Of a stretch of 64,000 nt of DNA, positions 24,562-35,400 are shown piece by piece. The notes below the pieces were generated by a model, which did not search any database, was not told where the DNA came from, and saw only the letters and a list, made by a program, of their open reading frames with translations. Both the position numbers and the translations under genes were made by a program. This stretch comes from an uncultured Verrucomicrobiota bacterium (GTDB lineage Bacteria; Verrucomicrobiota; Verrucomicrobiia; Limisphaerales; UBA9464). Every line of letters begins with the position of its first letter. Position 1 is the first letter of the stretch. The stretch is taken from assembly GCA_964602595.1 (NCBI GenBank), contig CAZRRO010000003.1, positions 413,438 through 477,437 on the forward strand, written 5' to 3'.

Positions 24562-27242
24562 GCCTCGTTGCTCACAAATACACGCCAGGGGAAATGTCGC
24601 CGGCCGAGTTGGAGGCAACGTTCGCTGCGCGCGGACACACCGTGGACTATCTGGTCAAATCGCTGCGCGACCAGATTCACTCCGGCACTCTCTCCAGCTT
24701 CGTCATCACCGGCCCGCGCGGCGCGGGCAAATCCACGGTCATCCAGATGGTTGCCCTGCGGATACGGCAGGATGCCGAACTCCATGCGGCTTGGCTGCCA
24801 GTCGTCTTCCCGGAAGAGCAGTTCGACATCGTGAGTCTGCGCGATCTCTTGGCGGCTGTCCTCCGCTCGCTTGTGAAGGATGGAATCGCGTCCGCTCAAG
24901 ACTGGTTGACCAAGGTAGAGGCCGAGACCAACGACGAGCAAAGCCAGCAGCTTGCCATCACCGGCCTACGTGAAATCACGCGCAAGGAAGGCCGCAGGCT
25001 CGTTCTGTTCGTGGAGAACCTGGACACGTTGCTCGAGGACGGGCTCGACGACCAGATGAAGGGCACGCTGCGTCGCCTGCTGATGACCGATCCGGTGATG
25101 ATGATCATCGGCAGCGCGGTCCACATCTTCGATTCGCTGAAAGATTACGACGAGGCGTTCTTCAACTACTTCGGCCAGGTGCCGTTGGACCGCCTCGATA
25201 CCGAGCAGGTCATCGAATTGCTGAGGCGGCGAGCCACGTTCGACGGCAACGAACCGTTCCTGCGTGACCTGCCCAACCAGTTGGCCAAGGTGCGCGCGAT
25301 CGTCCACCTCTCCGGCGGCAATCCCCGGTTCATCCTCATGCTCTATGAGCTGCTGAGCCAGCGGCAGGTCACCACCATCGTGCAGTATCTTCGCCGGCTG
25401 GTGGACGAACTGACGCCCCTGCTCAAGGACGAGATGGAAAACCTCCCGGCCCAGCAGCGGAAGATCATCCACGCCCTGATGGAAAGAGGCGGCACCGCCC
25501 AGCCCACCGACCTGACCGGGCCGACGCGCCTGCCGTTGAACGCCATCACCACCCAGCTCAGGCGGCTCAAGGACGCGCAGATTGTTGAGGTGCTCGGCGG
25601 CGGCAAGGGCCGGGCCGCCAACTATACTGTCCCCGACAAGCTCTTCTCCATCTGGTATCAGATGCGTTACCTGAGCCAGAACCGGCGGCGCATCGAGGTG
25701 TTCGTGGAGGTGCTCCGTGTCTGGTTCGAGGAAGAGGAACGGCTGCATCGGCTGCGGAGCCTGGCCGAAAAGGCCCGCCAAGATGCGCCTCTGATGCTGC
25801 GGGACAGTGCGACGGAGGCGGAATACCTAGCGGCTTCGCTCAAAGGGACTCCTCACGAATCCTTGGCGACCGAGCTGTGCATCAATCACTGGATCAAAGC
25901 GGACCTCCGGGAAGCAGCGATGGCCTATGCCACGCTGCGTGGAGGCGAAAGCGACAGGCTACTGCTGGATGAGATGCAAGCTCACGCGGAACTGGGTGTT
26001 TGGCTGTCCGATCACGGCGATAACCAGACAGCGATTGCAGCCCTTAACGAAGTAGTTAACCAAAGACCCGTCGACCGCATCACTTTGGCCAAGGCTCTGT
26101 TCCGCCGTGGCCTTGCCAAGCACCAGACGGGTGACATTGATGGCGCAATCAAAGACTACACCTCCCATATTGAACTGGACGGCGCTCCAAATGAGTTGGC
26201 CGCCTTTCCTTTGATTACCCGTGGCCTTGCCAAAGAGCAGATGGGCGACATCGCCGGAGCGATCAACGACTATACGTCTGCAGTCGAACTGGAGGGCGCA
26301 TCCAAAGTGAGCGTAGCTCGTGCTTTGGTTAACCGCGGCTTAGCCAAGGTTCAGACTGGCGACATCAGCGGAGCGATCAACGACTACACATCGGCCGCAG
26401 GACTAGAGGGCGCTTCCAGGGAGCAAGTCGGACTTGCCTTGTTCAATCGCGGCCTGGCCAAGGACCAGCTCGGCGACACTACCGGAGCGATCCAAGACTA
26501 CACCACCGTCATCGGGCTGGAGGGAGTCTCTAAGGAACAGGCTGGCATCGCCGTGTTCAATCGTGGGATTGCCAAGGATCGGTCGGGCGATAGTGCGGGA
26601 GCAATCATGGATTATGCAGCCATTATTACATTGGAAGGTGCCTCCAAGAAGCTTGTCGCCCGCGCCTTATTCAACCGCGGCTTCGCCAAGGGTGAAATGG
26701 GCGATACCGTTGGAGAACTTGATGATTACGCTGCTGTCATCGCGCTGGACGGCGCTCCTAAGGAACATGTTGCACGCGCGCTCTTTAACCGGGGAATCCA
26801 CTCGCTAGAGCACGCGGATCAGGCCGCTGCAATTGAAGACCTGTTGCGAGTGATAGACTTGGCGGTCGTGTCCGAAGCCCTACTCACAGACGCGACCAAC
26901 GTCGCCTTCACAGTGTTGAAACATGATCGCCTCAAAAGGGAAGATGTGCTCCAGCGGTTCTCGCAAGTCGTCGGTAACCTGCCGGAGAATGAAGCTCGCG
27001 ACGTTATCCTTCAGCTTCTTAGTGGACTCGCTTCTCTTGAGATGAAGGATGCTTGGTCCGAAGCCTGGAAAATTCTCACGGCATCGCGGCAGGCCAAAGG
27101 CAAGGAGGCACTCCAGTTTCTGGAACCCGTGGCCAAAGTCCTCGCCGGAGAAGACCGCATACTTCTGGATGCCCTGCCCCCAGAGCAGCGCGAATTCGCC
27201 AACCAAGTTTTGACCCGCTTCGAAGCCAAGCAAACCGGGTAA
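24558..27242 (+). CDS. AAA+/STAND-like ATPase, wHTH and 7 x 38-aa TPR-like repeats
   Basis: GTG 24558 overlaps the ATPase-1 stop (GTGA); alternative ATG at 24594. Walker A is FVITGPRGAGKSTVI; the Walker B-like motif is RLVLFVENLD. wHTH region: QRKIIHALMERGG.AQPTDL..........ITTQLRRLKDAQIVEV. Then comes the repeat LFNRGLAK.Q.GD..GAI.DYT..I.LEGASKE.V..A. Confidence 0.75.
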   Translation: MSLVAHKYTPGEMSPAELEATFAARGHTVDYLVKSLRDQIHSGTLSSFVITGPRGAGKSTVIQMVALRIRQDAELHAAWLPVVFPEEQFDIVSLRDLLAAVLRSLVKDGIASAQDWLTKVEAETNDEQSQQLAITGLREITRKEGRRLVLFVENLDTLLEDGLDDQMKGTLRRLLMTDPVMMIIGSAVHIFDSLKDYDEAFFNYFGQVPLDRLDTEQVIELLRRRATFDGNEPFLRDLPNQLAKVRAIVHLSGGNPRFILMLYELLSQRQVTTIVQYLRRLVDELTPLLKDEMENLPAQQRKIIHALMERGGTAQPTDLTGPTRLPLNAITTQLRRLKDAQIVEVLGGGKGRAANYTVPDKLFSIWYQMRYLSQNRRRIEVFVEVLRVWFEEEERLHRLRSLAEKARQDAPLMLRDSATEAEYLAASLKGTPHESLATELCINHWIKADLREAAMAYATLRGGESDRLLLDEMQAHAELGVWLSDHGDNQTAIAALNEVVNQRPVDRITLAKALFRRGLAKHQTGDIDGAIKDYTSHIELDGAPNELAAFPLITRGLAKEQMGDIAGAINDYTSAVELEGASKVSVARALVNRGLAKVQTGDISGAINDYTSAAGLEGASREQVGLALFNRGLAKDQLGDTTGAIQDYTTVIGLEGVSKEQAGIAVFNRGIAKDRSGDSAGAIMDYAAIITLEGASKKLVARALFNRGFAKGEMGDTVGELDDYAAVIALDGAPKEHVARALFNRGIHSLEHADQAAAIEDLLRVIDLAVVSEALLTDATNVAFTVLKHDRLKREDVLQRFSQVVGNLPENEARDVILQLLSGLASLEMKDAWSEAWKILTASRQAKGKEALQFLEPVAKVLAGEDRILLDALPPEQREFANQVLTRFEAKQTG
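26097..26894 (+). repeat. Tandem 114-bp (38-codon) coding repeat array, 7 copies
   Basis: Repeat starts verified at 26097, 26211 and 26325 (exact 114-nt period). The copies are diverged at nucleotide level and the last is degenerate. Confidence 0.8.
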
Positions 27243-27287
27243 CTCTTCGAAACCGTCAAGCGTTGAGCAAACGGTGAAATGCTTCGT

Positions 27288-28859
27288 TCATTTCTGGATG
27301 ACGAATCCCGCATTAACCCAGTCGGCGAAGTCCTCGCGGGTGCCGTCGCCGGCGTCCATGGTCACGAGGCTGATCCGTTTGGCGCCGGACGGGATCTCCA
27401 CGTTGAAGCGCCAGGCGGGGAACTGCACGCGCATCACCGGGCTGGTGGCGACTTCGCGGCCGTCGAGCAGGACCTTGAAGACCACGCTGGGATACCTCGC
27501 CAGGTTCGAGCCGTTGCTGGCGGCGACCAGGTTTTCGTCAGCGCCGGCCAGCGCGACGAAGCGGCGGTATTCGGGCTTCACCTCGTAGGTGAGTTCGCAC
27601 GAGGCGTGGACGCCGAGTCCCTGCGCGAACGTGGTTCGGTCCACGCGGAGTTCCTGGCCGAGGTTGGAACGGTCTTTCTGCGGCGCCTGCGTGTTGCCGG
27701 AGTAACGGACCTGTCCGCCGTAGGTGTGGCCGAAGCCGACGCTGCGGAGCGGCTTCAGGTCGCCCAGCGCGATGTCGGGCGCGGGCGGCCGCGGCAGCAG
27801 GCGCACGAACACGCCTTCGGATTCCAGGCACACGGAGCGGCCGGCCGCGAAAGCTGACGTGCGGAGGCGTGTGGTGTTCGTGACGCGGAACGGCTCGGTG
27901 TAGAGCGGTGAGGCGGTGGTCGGCGCGGAGCCATCGAGCGTGTAGCGGATCTCCGCGCCGGGTTGCAGCGGGGCGGTGAGCGTGACGGTGACCGGTTCCT
28001 CGAACAGGTGCGGGCGCTGGGTCGTGCCCCACGGCGTCACGCGCACGGGGTCCACCACGGCGTCGCGGTCCCAGCGGCCCAGCTTGGTCAGCTCGGCCTG
28101 AAAGCTGATGGTGGGCGCGAGGAACTTCTCGAAGTGCTCGACAACCTGCGCTGTGTTGAGGTCGGGCGTGAAGCTGCGCGCCGGATCGTAGCCGGGATGC
28201 GCATCGGTCATGTCCCGCGCGAGCACGCACTTGAAGCCGGCGGACTTCATCGCCTTCAGCCCCATCGGCTTTCCGAGCAGGCAAACCTGCGTGTGAAAGC
28301 CCACGTAGATGAGGTGCGTGAGCCCGAGTTGCTGGCAGAGTGCATAGACCTCGGCCTGGGTGTCGGGCATGAAGTCGGCGGCGCCGATCCGCAGCCTGGG
28401 ATGCATGCCGTCCCAGCCGTAGTTCACGGCGCAGTGTTCGCGGCCGCAGGCACAGCCGCCGGCATCGGGGGCGTCCGGGCACTGCACGTCCACGACCTGC
28501 GGAACCGTCACCTTGGGTAACGCCAGCACGGCCTCGCGCTGGGGATAGCCCACATAGTTGTCCACCACGTCGCTGGGGCACAGCATCACCGTCATGCCGA
28601 GCTCGCGCGCCGCGTCGAGGGCGCGGTTCAGGCGCGGGACGAAGGCGTCCACGCGCATCGTGGCGGTCTTGCACCAGTGGTAGTTCCACACGTCCACGGC
28701 GATCACGCCGACGTGGCGCGGGTCCACTTCTTCTGCCCGCGTGCGGATCACGCCAGTCGCGGGGTCGCGGGTTTGGAGGTCCAACGAGTGAGCGTGCGAG
28801 GCAAACGTGGCGGTCAACGCGGCCAGCAGCAGTGCGGGGAAGCGGAGGAACGAGCTCAT
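27288..28859 (-). CDS. Secreted isochorismatase-like cysteine-hydrolase fold, chitobiase/FN3-like domain and C-terminal NPCBM-like domain
   Basis: ATG 28859 (MSSFLRFPALLLAALTATFASHA signal). VGVIAVDVWNYHW ... THLIYVGFHTQVCLLGKPMGLKAMKSAGFKCVLARDMTDA matches the isochorismatase-like core. IRYTLDGS.PT..S..Y is chitobiase-C-like. GLGVHA..ELTYEV...YRRFVALAGADEN....VVFKVLLDGREV is NPCBM-like. Confidence 0.75.
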   Translation of the reverse strand: MSSFLRFPALLLAALTATFASHAHSLDLQTRDPATGVIRTRAEEVDPRHVGVIAVDVWNYHWCKTATMRVDAFVPRLNRALDAARELGMTVMLCPSDVVDNYVGYPQREAVLALPKVTVPQVVDVQCPDAPDAGGCACGREHCAVNYGWDGMHPRLRIGAADFMPDTQAEVYALCQQLGLTHLIYVGFHTQVCLLGKPMGLKAMKSAGFKCVLARDMTDAHPGYDPARSFTPDLNTAQVVEHFEKFLAPTISFQAELTKLGRWDRDAVVDPVRVTPWGTTQRPHLFEEPVTVTLTAPLQPGAEIRYTLDGSAPTTASPLYTEPFRVTNTTRLRTSAFAAGRSVCLESEGVFVRLLPRPPAPDIALGDLKPLRSVGFGHTYGGQVRYSGNTQAPQKDRSNLGQELRVDRTTFAQGLGVHASCELTYEVKPEYRRFVALAGADENLVAASNGSNLARYPSVVFKVLLDGREVATSPVMRVQFPAWRFNVEIPSGAKRISLVTMDAGDGTREDFADWVNAGFVIQK

Positions 28860-28969
28860 GGGGAAGGCTCGGGGACGGTAGAAACGCACCAAGTCGCCGA
28901 CGAGGATTCTTTCCACCTCTGGCGGCGCCTGTCGGTCCGGGCCGTGCGCAGTTGCGTTGAGGCTCCCGC

Positions 28970-30274
28970 CTATGGTTTGGCTAGCCGGTAGAACCGGTTG
29001 CCGTCGGGCAACGCACGGGTGAAGAAGATGCGGCGATTCTCACCGGACTGGTAGGGGCCGGGGATCTCGGTCCAAGCCGAACCATCGGTCAGGCCGGATA
29101 TCGCCTCGAGACGCCAGCCGGGAGACGGGGCGGGCCAACTGATGACCAGTTCGCCACCGACCAGGTCGCTCCGCAGTTCCGGGAGGATCAGGTCTTGAAC
29201 GCGGGCGATCCAGCCTTCAGGCCGGCCTCCGCGCATCCCTTGGCCGACAATGATGGTGGCGTCGGGTGAGATGGCCACCGCTTCCCGGAGTTCCCAGCCG
29301 GTGAGGTCCAGACCGTAGCGATGGATCAGGACATCTCGGAGGTTGCGCATGCCGTGGTTGGGGTCCCAGACAATGGCGACTGGCGACTCGCTGTAGCCGA
29401 CAATGACCGTGCCGTCACCGGAGGCGGCGAGCGCCACCGCGTTGCCACCGTCCGCAAGACGCCCCAGCGGCTGCATTCCGGCGTCTTTGGTCCAGCGGAA
29501 CGGTTCCGTCCCCAACTCGGACGAGTAACAGTAGCCCACCAGCGTCGTCCCATCCGCGGAAATGCCCATGCCGTCGCTGATCTGGTAACCGGGCAGAACT
29601 CCCAGGCTCACCATCCCGTCGGCCGCCGTCCAACGGAACGCCCGGGTGCCTTCCGTGGCCTGGCTGCCCCCAACAATGACCGTGCCGTCCGCCGAGATTC
29701 CGTTGCCGTCGCTGATCAGGCCGCCGGGCAGGACTCCCAGGAAAACGCGACCCGTTGCCGCAGTCCAACGGCACGCCTGTTCACCCGGTTCTTCCCTGGC
29801 ACCGGTGCCGGTGGCCACCGAACCGTCGGCCGAGAGGGCGCGGGGAAGATGGAAGGTCCAGCCGAGATTCTCCGCGACGCCGGCAGACCAGCGGATGCCC
29901 CAGAACGACGTCTCCTGGAAAACCCCGTAGCCGATGATCACGGCGCCATCGGCCGAGATGGCCCTCGCCACGCTGACGTTGGCCCCGGGCAGGAAGCCAA
30001 GGCCGACCATGCCGCCGGATTCCGTCCACCGAAACGCCTCGGCGCCGCCCGCCACGAGGAGGTTGATTGATTCGCCGACCACGACGCCGTCCGCAGAGAC
30101 GCCCCTCGCATAGCTGGCCTGCGTGTTCGGCAGGAATCCCAGGCCGGTGAATGACGCGCCGGCCGCCGCACGCAGCACAGTCGCCGCGAAACCGATGGTA
30201 AGAACGACGCGAGTGGCAGCCGACGGCACCTTGTCGCCCAGCCAACTCGCGCGGCTGTTTGTAGTAGCATTCAT
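28970..30274 (-). CDS. HAF-family extracellular repeat protein with shared C-terminal domain
   Basis: About eight repeats of G.LPG...S.A.GISADG..IVG.......AFRWT...GM..LG (compare the HAF repeat [HR]AF.W). Signal-like N-terminus. Ends ...DGNRFYRLAKP. Confidence 0.7.
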   Translation of the reverse strand: MNATTNSRASWLGDKVPSAATRVVLTIGFAATVLRAAAGASFTGLGFLPNTQASYARGVSADGVVVGESINLLVAGGAEAFRWTESGGMVGLGFLPGANVSVARAISADGAVIIGYGVFQETSFWGIRWSAGVAENLGWTFHLPRALSADGSVATGTGAREEPGEQACRWTAATGRVFLGVLPGGLISDGNGISADGTVIVGGSQATEGTRAFRWTAADGMVSLGVLPGYQISDGMGISADGTTLVGYCYSSELGTEPFRWTKDAGMQPLGRLADGGNAVALAASGDGTVIVGYSESPVAIVWDPNHGMRNLRDVLIHRYGLDLTGWELREAVAISPDATIIVGQGMRGGRPEGWIARVQDLILPELRSDLVGGELVISWPAPSPGWRLEAISGLTDGSAWTEIPGPYQSGENRRIFFTRALPDGNRFYRLAKP

Positions 30275-30496
30275 GGTGATGTTTCTCTGTCTCTATGGGG
30301 TGGATACTGCCGGCACCGGGGTGCCGCTTTGCGTCGGTTGGCCGGTCCGCACTGTTCCTTGCGTGGCCGTTTCGGGGCAGGGTGATGCTTGGTTGGCTGG
30401 GCACGGAGTCAACCCGGCGCGGGCCGTTCGTGGGCTGAAAAAGGGGCGAGCGCCTTGGTGGCCCGAGCATTCCGGTGCGTGGTCAGAATGGCTGTG

Positions 30497-30612
30497 CAGC
30501 ACGGCCTCGCGCTGGTGATAACTCACGTAGTTGTCCACCGCGTGGGTGGCACAGCATCACCGTCATGCCGCAACTCACGGGCGGCCTCGGTGGATCGGGC
30601 TGGGCTGAACCT
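30497..30612 (-). pseudogene. Decayed fragment homologous to codons ~77-115 of the isochorismatase-like gene
   Basis: 30497-30573 aligns to 28524-28602 with exact runs of 19 nt (cagcacggcctcgcgctgg) and 22 nt (gcacagcatcaccgtcatgccg). Identity is about 85% with a 2-nt deletion (frameshift); similarity is weaker out to ~30612. No start codon or flanking gene body. Confidence 0.6.
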
Positions 30613-30615
30613 TGG

Positions 30616-30654
30616 AACAAACAAAAGGCCCCGGAAGCGCTAACTTCCGGGGCC
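30616..30654 (-). terminator. Rho-independent terminator of eno
   Basis: ggccccggaag-cgctaa-cttccggggcc (11-bp perfect stem, 30627-30654). On the minus strand it is followed by TTTTGTTTGTT. It lies 48 nt after the eno stop. Confidence 0.7.
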
Positions 30655-30701
30655 CTTGAATGAGGCAGAGCAGTAGTGCCGCCCTACCGGGTGATGATGC
30701 C

Positions 30702-32184
<1,483 letters not shown>

Positions 32185-32442
32185 GACCTTTGTAACACGC
32201 CAACTTGCCGGGCGGACCGGTGTGGCCACCTGTCGCCTCCGCTGGCCGAAAGGTTTCTGGCGAAGCGGACCGGCGAAATATGCCGCGGCACTTTTCCCCG
32301 GCAAGCGGATTCGCCGGACCGGAGGATTGGGGCCTTTGCCAGGGTCTCCGACCGTGCCGTTTCCCACGGCGTCCGCCCCCGGAAGGGGCCGCAATTTGGT
32401 TAGCGAACGGCGTGGGATGTGCTCACTTTGCCACCGCTCACC

Positions 32443-35400
32443 ATGAAGAACTGTCTTCTCCTCCCGGGTGTTTCACGCCGTCTCACCCGCTTGGTCGTCC
32501 TGCTGGCCGTGGCGATCCTGCTGCCGGTGCTAGCGCCCGCGTTCGGCGGGTCCATCCTGCGGGAAGTGTTCTCCGGCATCGGCGGTAGCAGCCTTGCGGA
32601 CCTGACCAATTCGCCGGCGTTCCCCAATTCGCCGACCTCGACCAATTTCGTGACGGACTTCTTTGAGGCGCCGACCGACGTCGAGGAAGGCTACGGGCAA
32701 CGCATGCACGGCTACATCGTGCCGCCCACGACGGGGAGCTACACCTTCTGGATATCGTCCGACGACGAGGGCGCCCTTTACCTGAGCACGGATGAAAACC
32801 CAATCCGCTCCCGGCTGATTGCCAACGTGCCCGGCTGGACCGGCCCCCGCCAGTGGGGCAACTACGCCGAACAACAGTCCGCGCCAATAACCTTGCAGGC
32901 CGGCAAGGCGTATTACGTTGCGGCCCTGATGAAGGAGGGCGGCGGCGGCGACAACCTGGCGGTGCGCTGGCTCCGGCCGGGCGGGATCGATGAGGGACCC
33001 ATCCCCGCAACCTACCTTTTGCCCTGGGGCACTGCCTTCACGGTGCCCTCGATCACCCAGCAGCCCACCAACACGACCGTCGTCGAAGGGCAGTTGGCGA
33101 CCTTCGTGATCAAGGTCTCGAACCTCGACGCGGTGACATTCCTCTGGAAACGGAACGGGACCGCCCTGCCGGCCTCCACCTCCGGTGTCCTTGAATACGG
33201 CCCGGTGACGCTGGATGACCAGGGCGCGCAGTTTGGGGCGACGGTGACCAATCGCATCGGAGCCACCAATTCGACGCTGGCAACGCTTACGGTGCTGCCA
33301 GACACCACCAAACCCACGGTCGTTTCCGCCATCAGCCTCGGGGCCGACCGCATCCGGTTGCAGTTCAGCGAACCGATGGACGCCGCCTCGGCCAGCGTGA
33401 CCGGAAACTTCCGGGTCAATGGTGGGGTCAACGTGACCGGCGCGGTCCTAGATTCCGACCCCAGCGCGGTCCTGCTGACTGTGGCAGGGATGAACTTCGC
33501 GCAGAACTACACCGTCACTATCAGCAACGTGCGCGACCGCGCGCGCACGTCGAACACCATCGTGGCCGACAGCACGGTCAGTTTCCTCGCGCTGGAACTC
33601 ACCGCCCAGAACATCGGCGGGGGCACCGGTGGCATCCAGCGGATTGGGCCGGGCGCCTTTGACCTGACGGGGCAGGGGAGGGGCGTCAGCGGCGGTAATG
33701 ACCAATTCCAGCTGTCGTGGGAACGCCGCACCGGCGACTTCGATCTTCAGGTGCGGGTGACTGACCTCGGGATTTCCAGCGCCTTCCTCCGGGCGGGTCT
33801 CATGGTGCGGCCGACCTTGGACACTAACAGCGCCTTTGCTGCGGTGTTCGGTTCATCTGCGCAGTTGGGCGTCTTCTTCGAGTCGCGTGCCACCGCTGGC
33901 GCCAATCCCAGCCAACAGACGGTCGTCGGTGGTTATCCGGCCAACTATCCCTACCAGTGGTTGCGGCTCCGGCGCGCGGGCAATGTCTTCACCGGCTTCG
34001 GCAGCCGCGACGGCGTGGGCTGGACCCAGTTGGGTTCGGCGACCATCGCTTTGCCGGCCCAGACCTTCGTGGGACTCGCCGTTGCCAGCCAGAACGCGGC
34101 CGTCGCCAGCACGGTGAAGTTCCGCGAATACAGCCCGACCGCCAGCACCGCGGTGGCGACCTTCGCCAATGACCGGGAGTCGCCCACGCCGTCGTCGCGC
34201 CGGACCGGCTTGACCCTCTCGGAGATCATGTATCGCCCGAAGACAGTCGCCGGGGACACCAATAACCTCGAGTTCGTCGAACTGTTTAATGCGGGCGCGA
34301 TCTTTCAGGAAATGACCGGTTGGAAGCTGACCGGCGGCATCGAATACACCTTTCCGGCGGGATTCCGGATCGAGGCGGGCCAATATATCGTGGTCGCCGC
34401 GGACCCGGCGGCGCTGCAGGCGGCTCGCGGCTTGTCCGGCGTGCTCGGGCCGTTCTCCGGCTCGCTCAATAACGCCGGGGACGTCGTTCGGCTTCGCGAC
34501 AACATCGGCGCGATCAAGCTCGAGGTTGAATACTCGCCCGACGCGCCGTGGCCGGTTGCGGCCGACGGCGCGGGGGCATCCTTGGTCCTTACGTCGCCGA
34601 GCTACGGAGAAGCGAGCCCCCAAGCCTGGACGGCCAGCAGCCTGAACGGCGGCTCTCCCGGAGGGCCCGATCCGGTCATCAACACCCCGGGTGACACTGT
34701 GGTCATCAATGAGTTCCTCGCCCACACCGACGACCCCCAGCTCGACTTCATCGAGCTGTTCAACCGGTCAAACACGCCGGCCGACCTGTCCGGCTGCTAC
34801 CTGACCGATGATCCCGCGACCAACAAGTTCCGTCTGCCCGACGGCACCACGCTGGCCGCGCGCGGTTTCCTCGCCTTCGACCAGAATCAGTTGGGTTTCC
34901 GCCTCGGGGCCGACGGCGAGGCGATCTATCTCGTCAGCTCCAACGGCCTGCGCGTCCTCGACGCTATCCGCTTCGGCGGCCAGGAAAACGGCGTCGCTTC
35001 CGGACGCCTGCCCAACGGCTCCGCCACCATACGCCGGCTCGCGGCGCCCACTCCCGGTGCCGCCAACGGCGAGGCTTTCGGTGAGGCGGTCGTGCTGAAC
35101 GAGATCATGTATAATCCGATTTCGGGCCTCGACGACGACGAGTATGTGGAGCTGCACAATCGTGGGGCCGTCGCCGTCAGCCTCGCCGGCTGGCGTTTTG
35201 AATCGGGCATCGACTTCCGGTTCCCCGCGGGCGCCAGCCTCGCCCCCGGCGGCTACGTCGTGGTGGCCCGCAGCGCGGCCCGGCTGCTGACCAACTATCC
35301 GCAACTGAACGCCGCCAACACGTTTGGCAACTTCGCCGGCTCGCTGCGGAATAGCGGTGAACGGATCGCCCTCTCCAAGCCTGACGACATCATTTCAACC

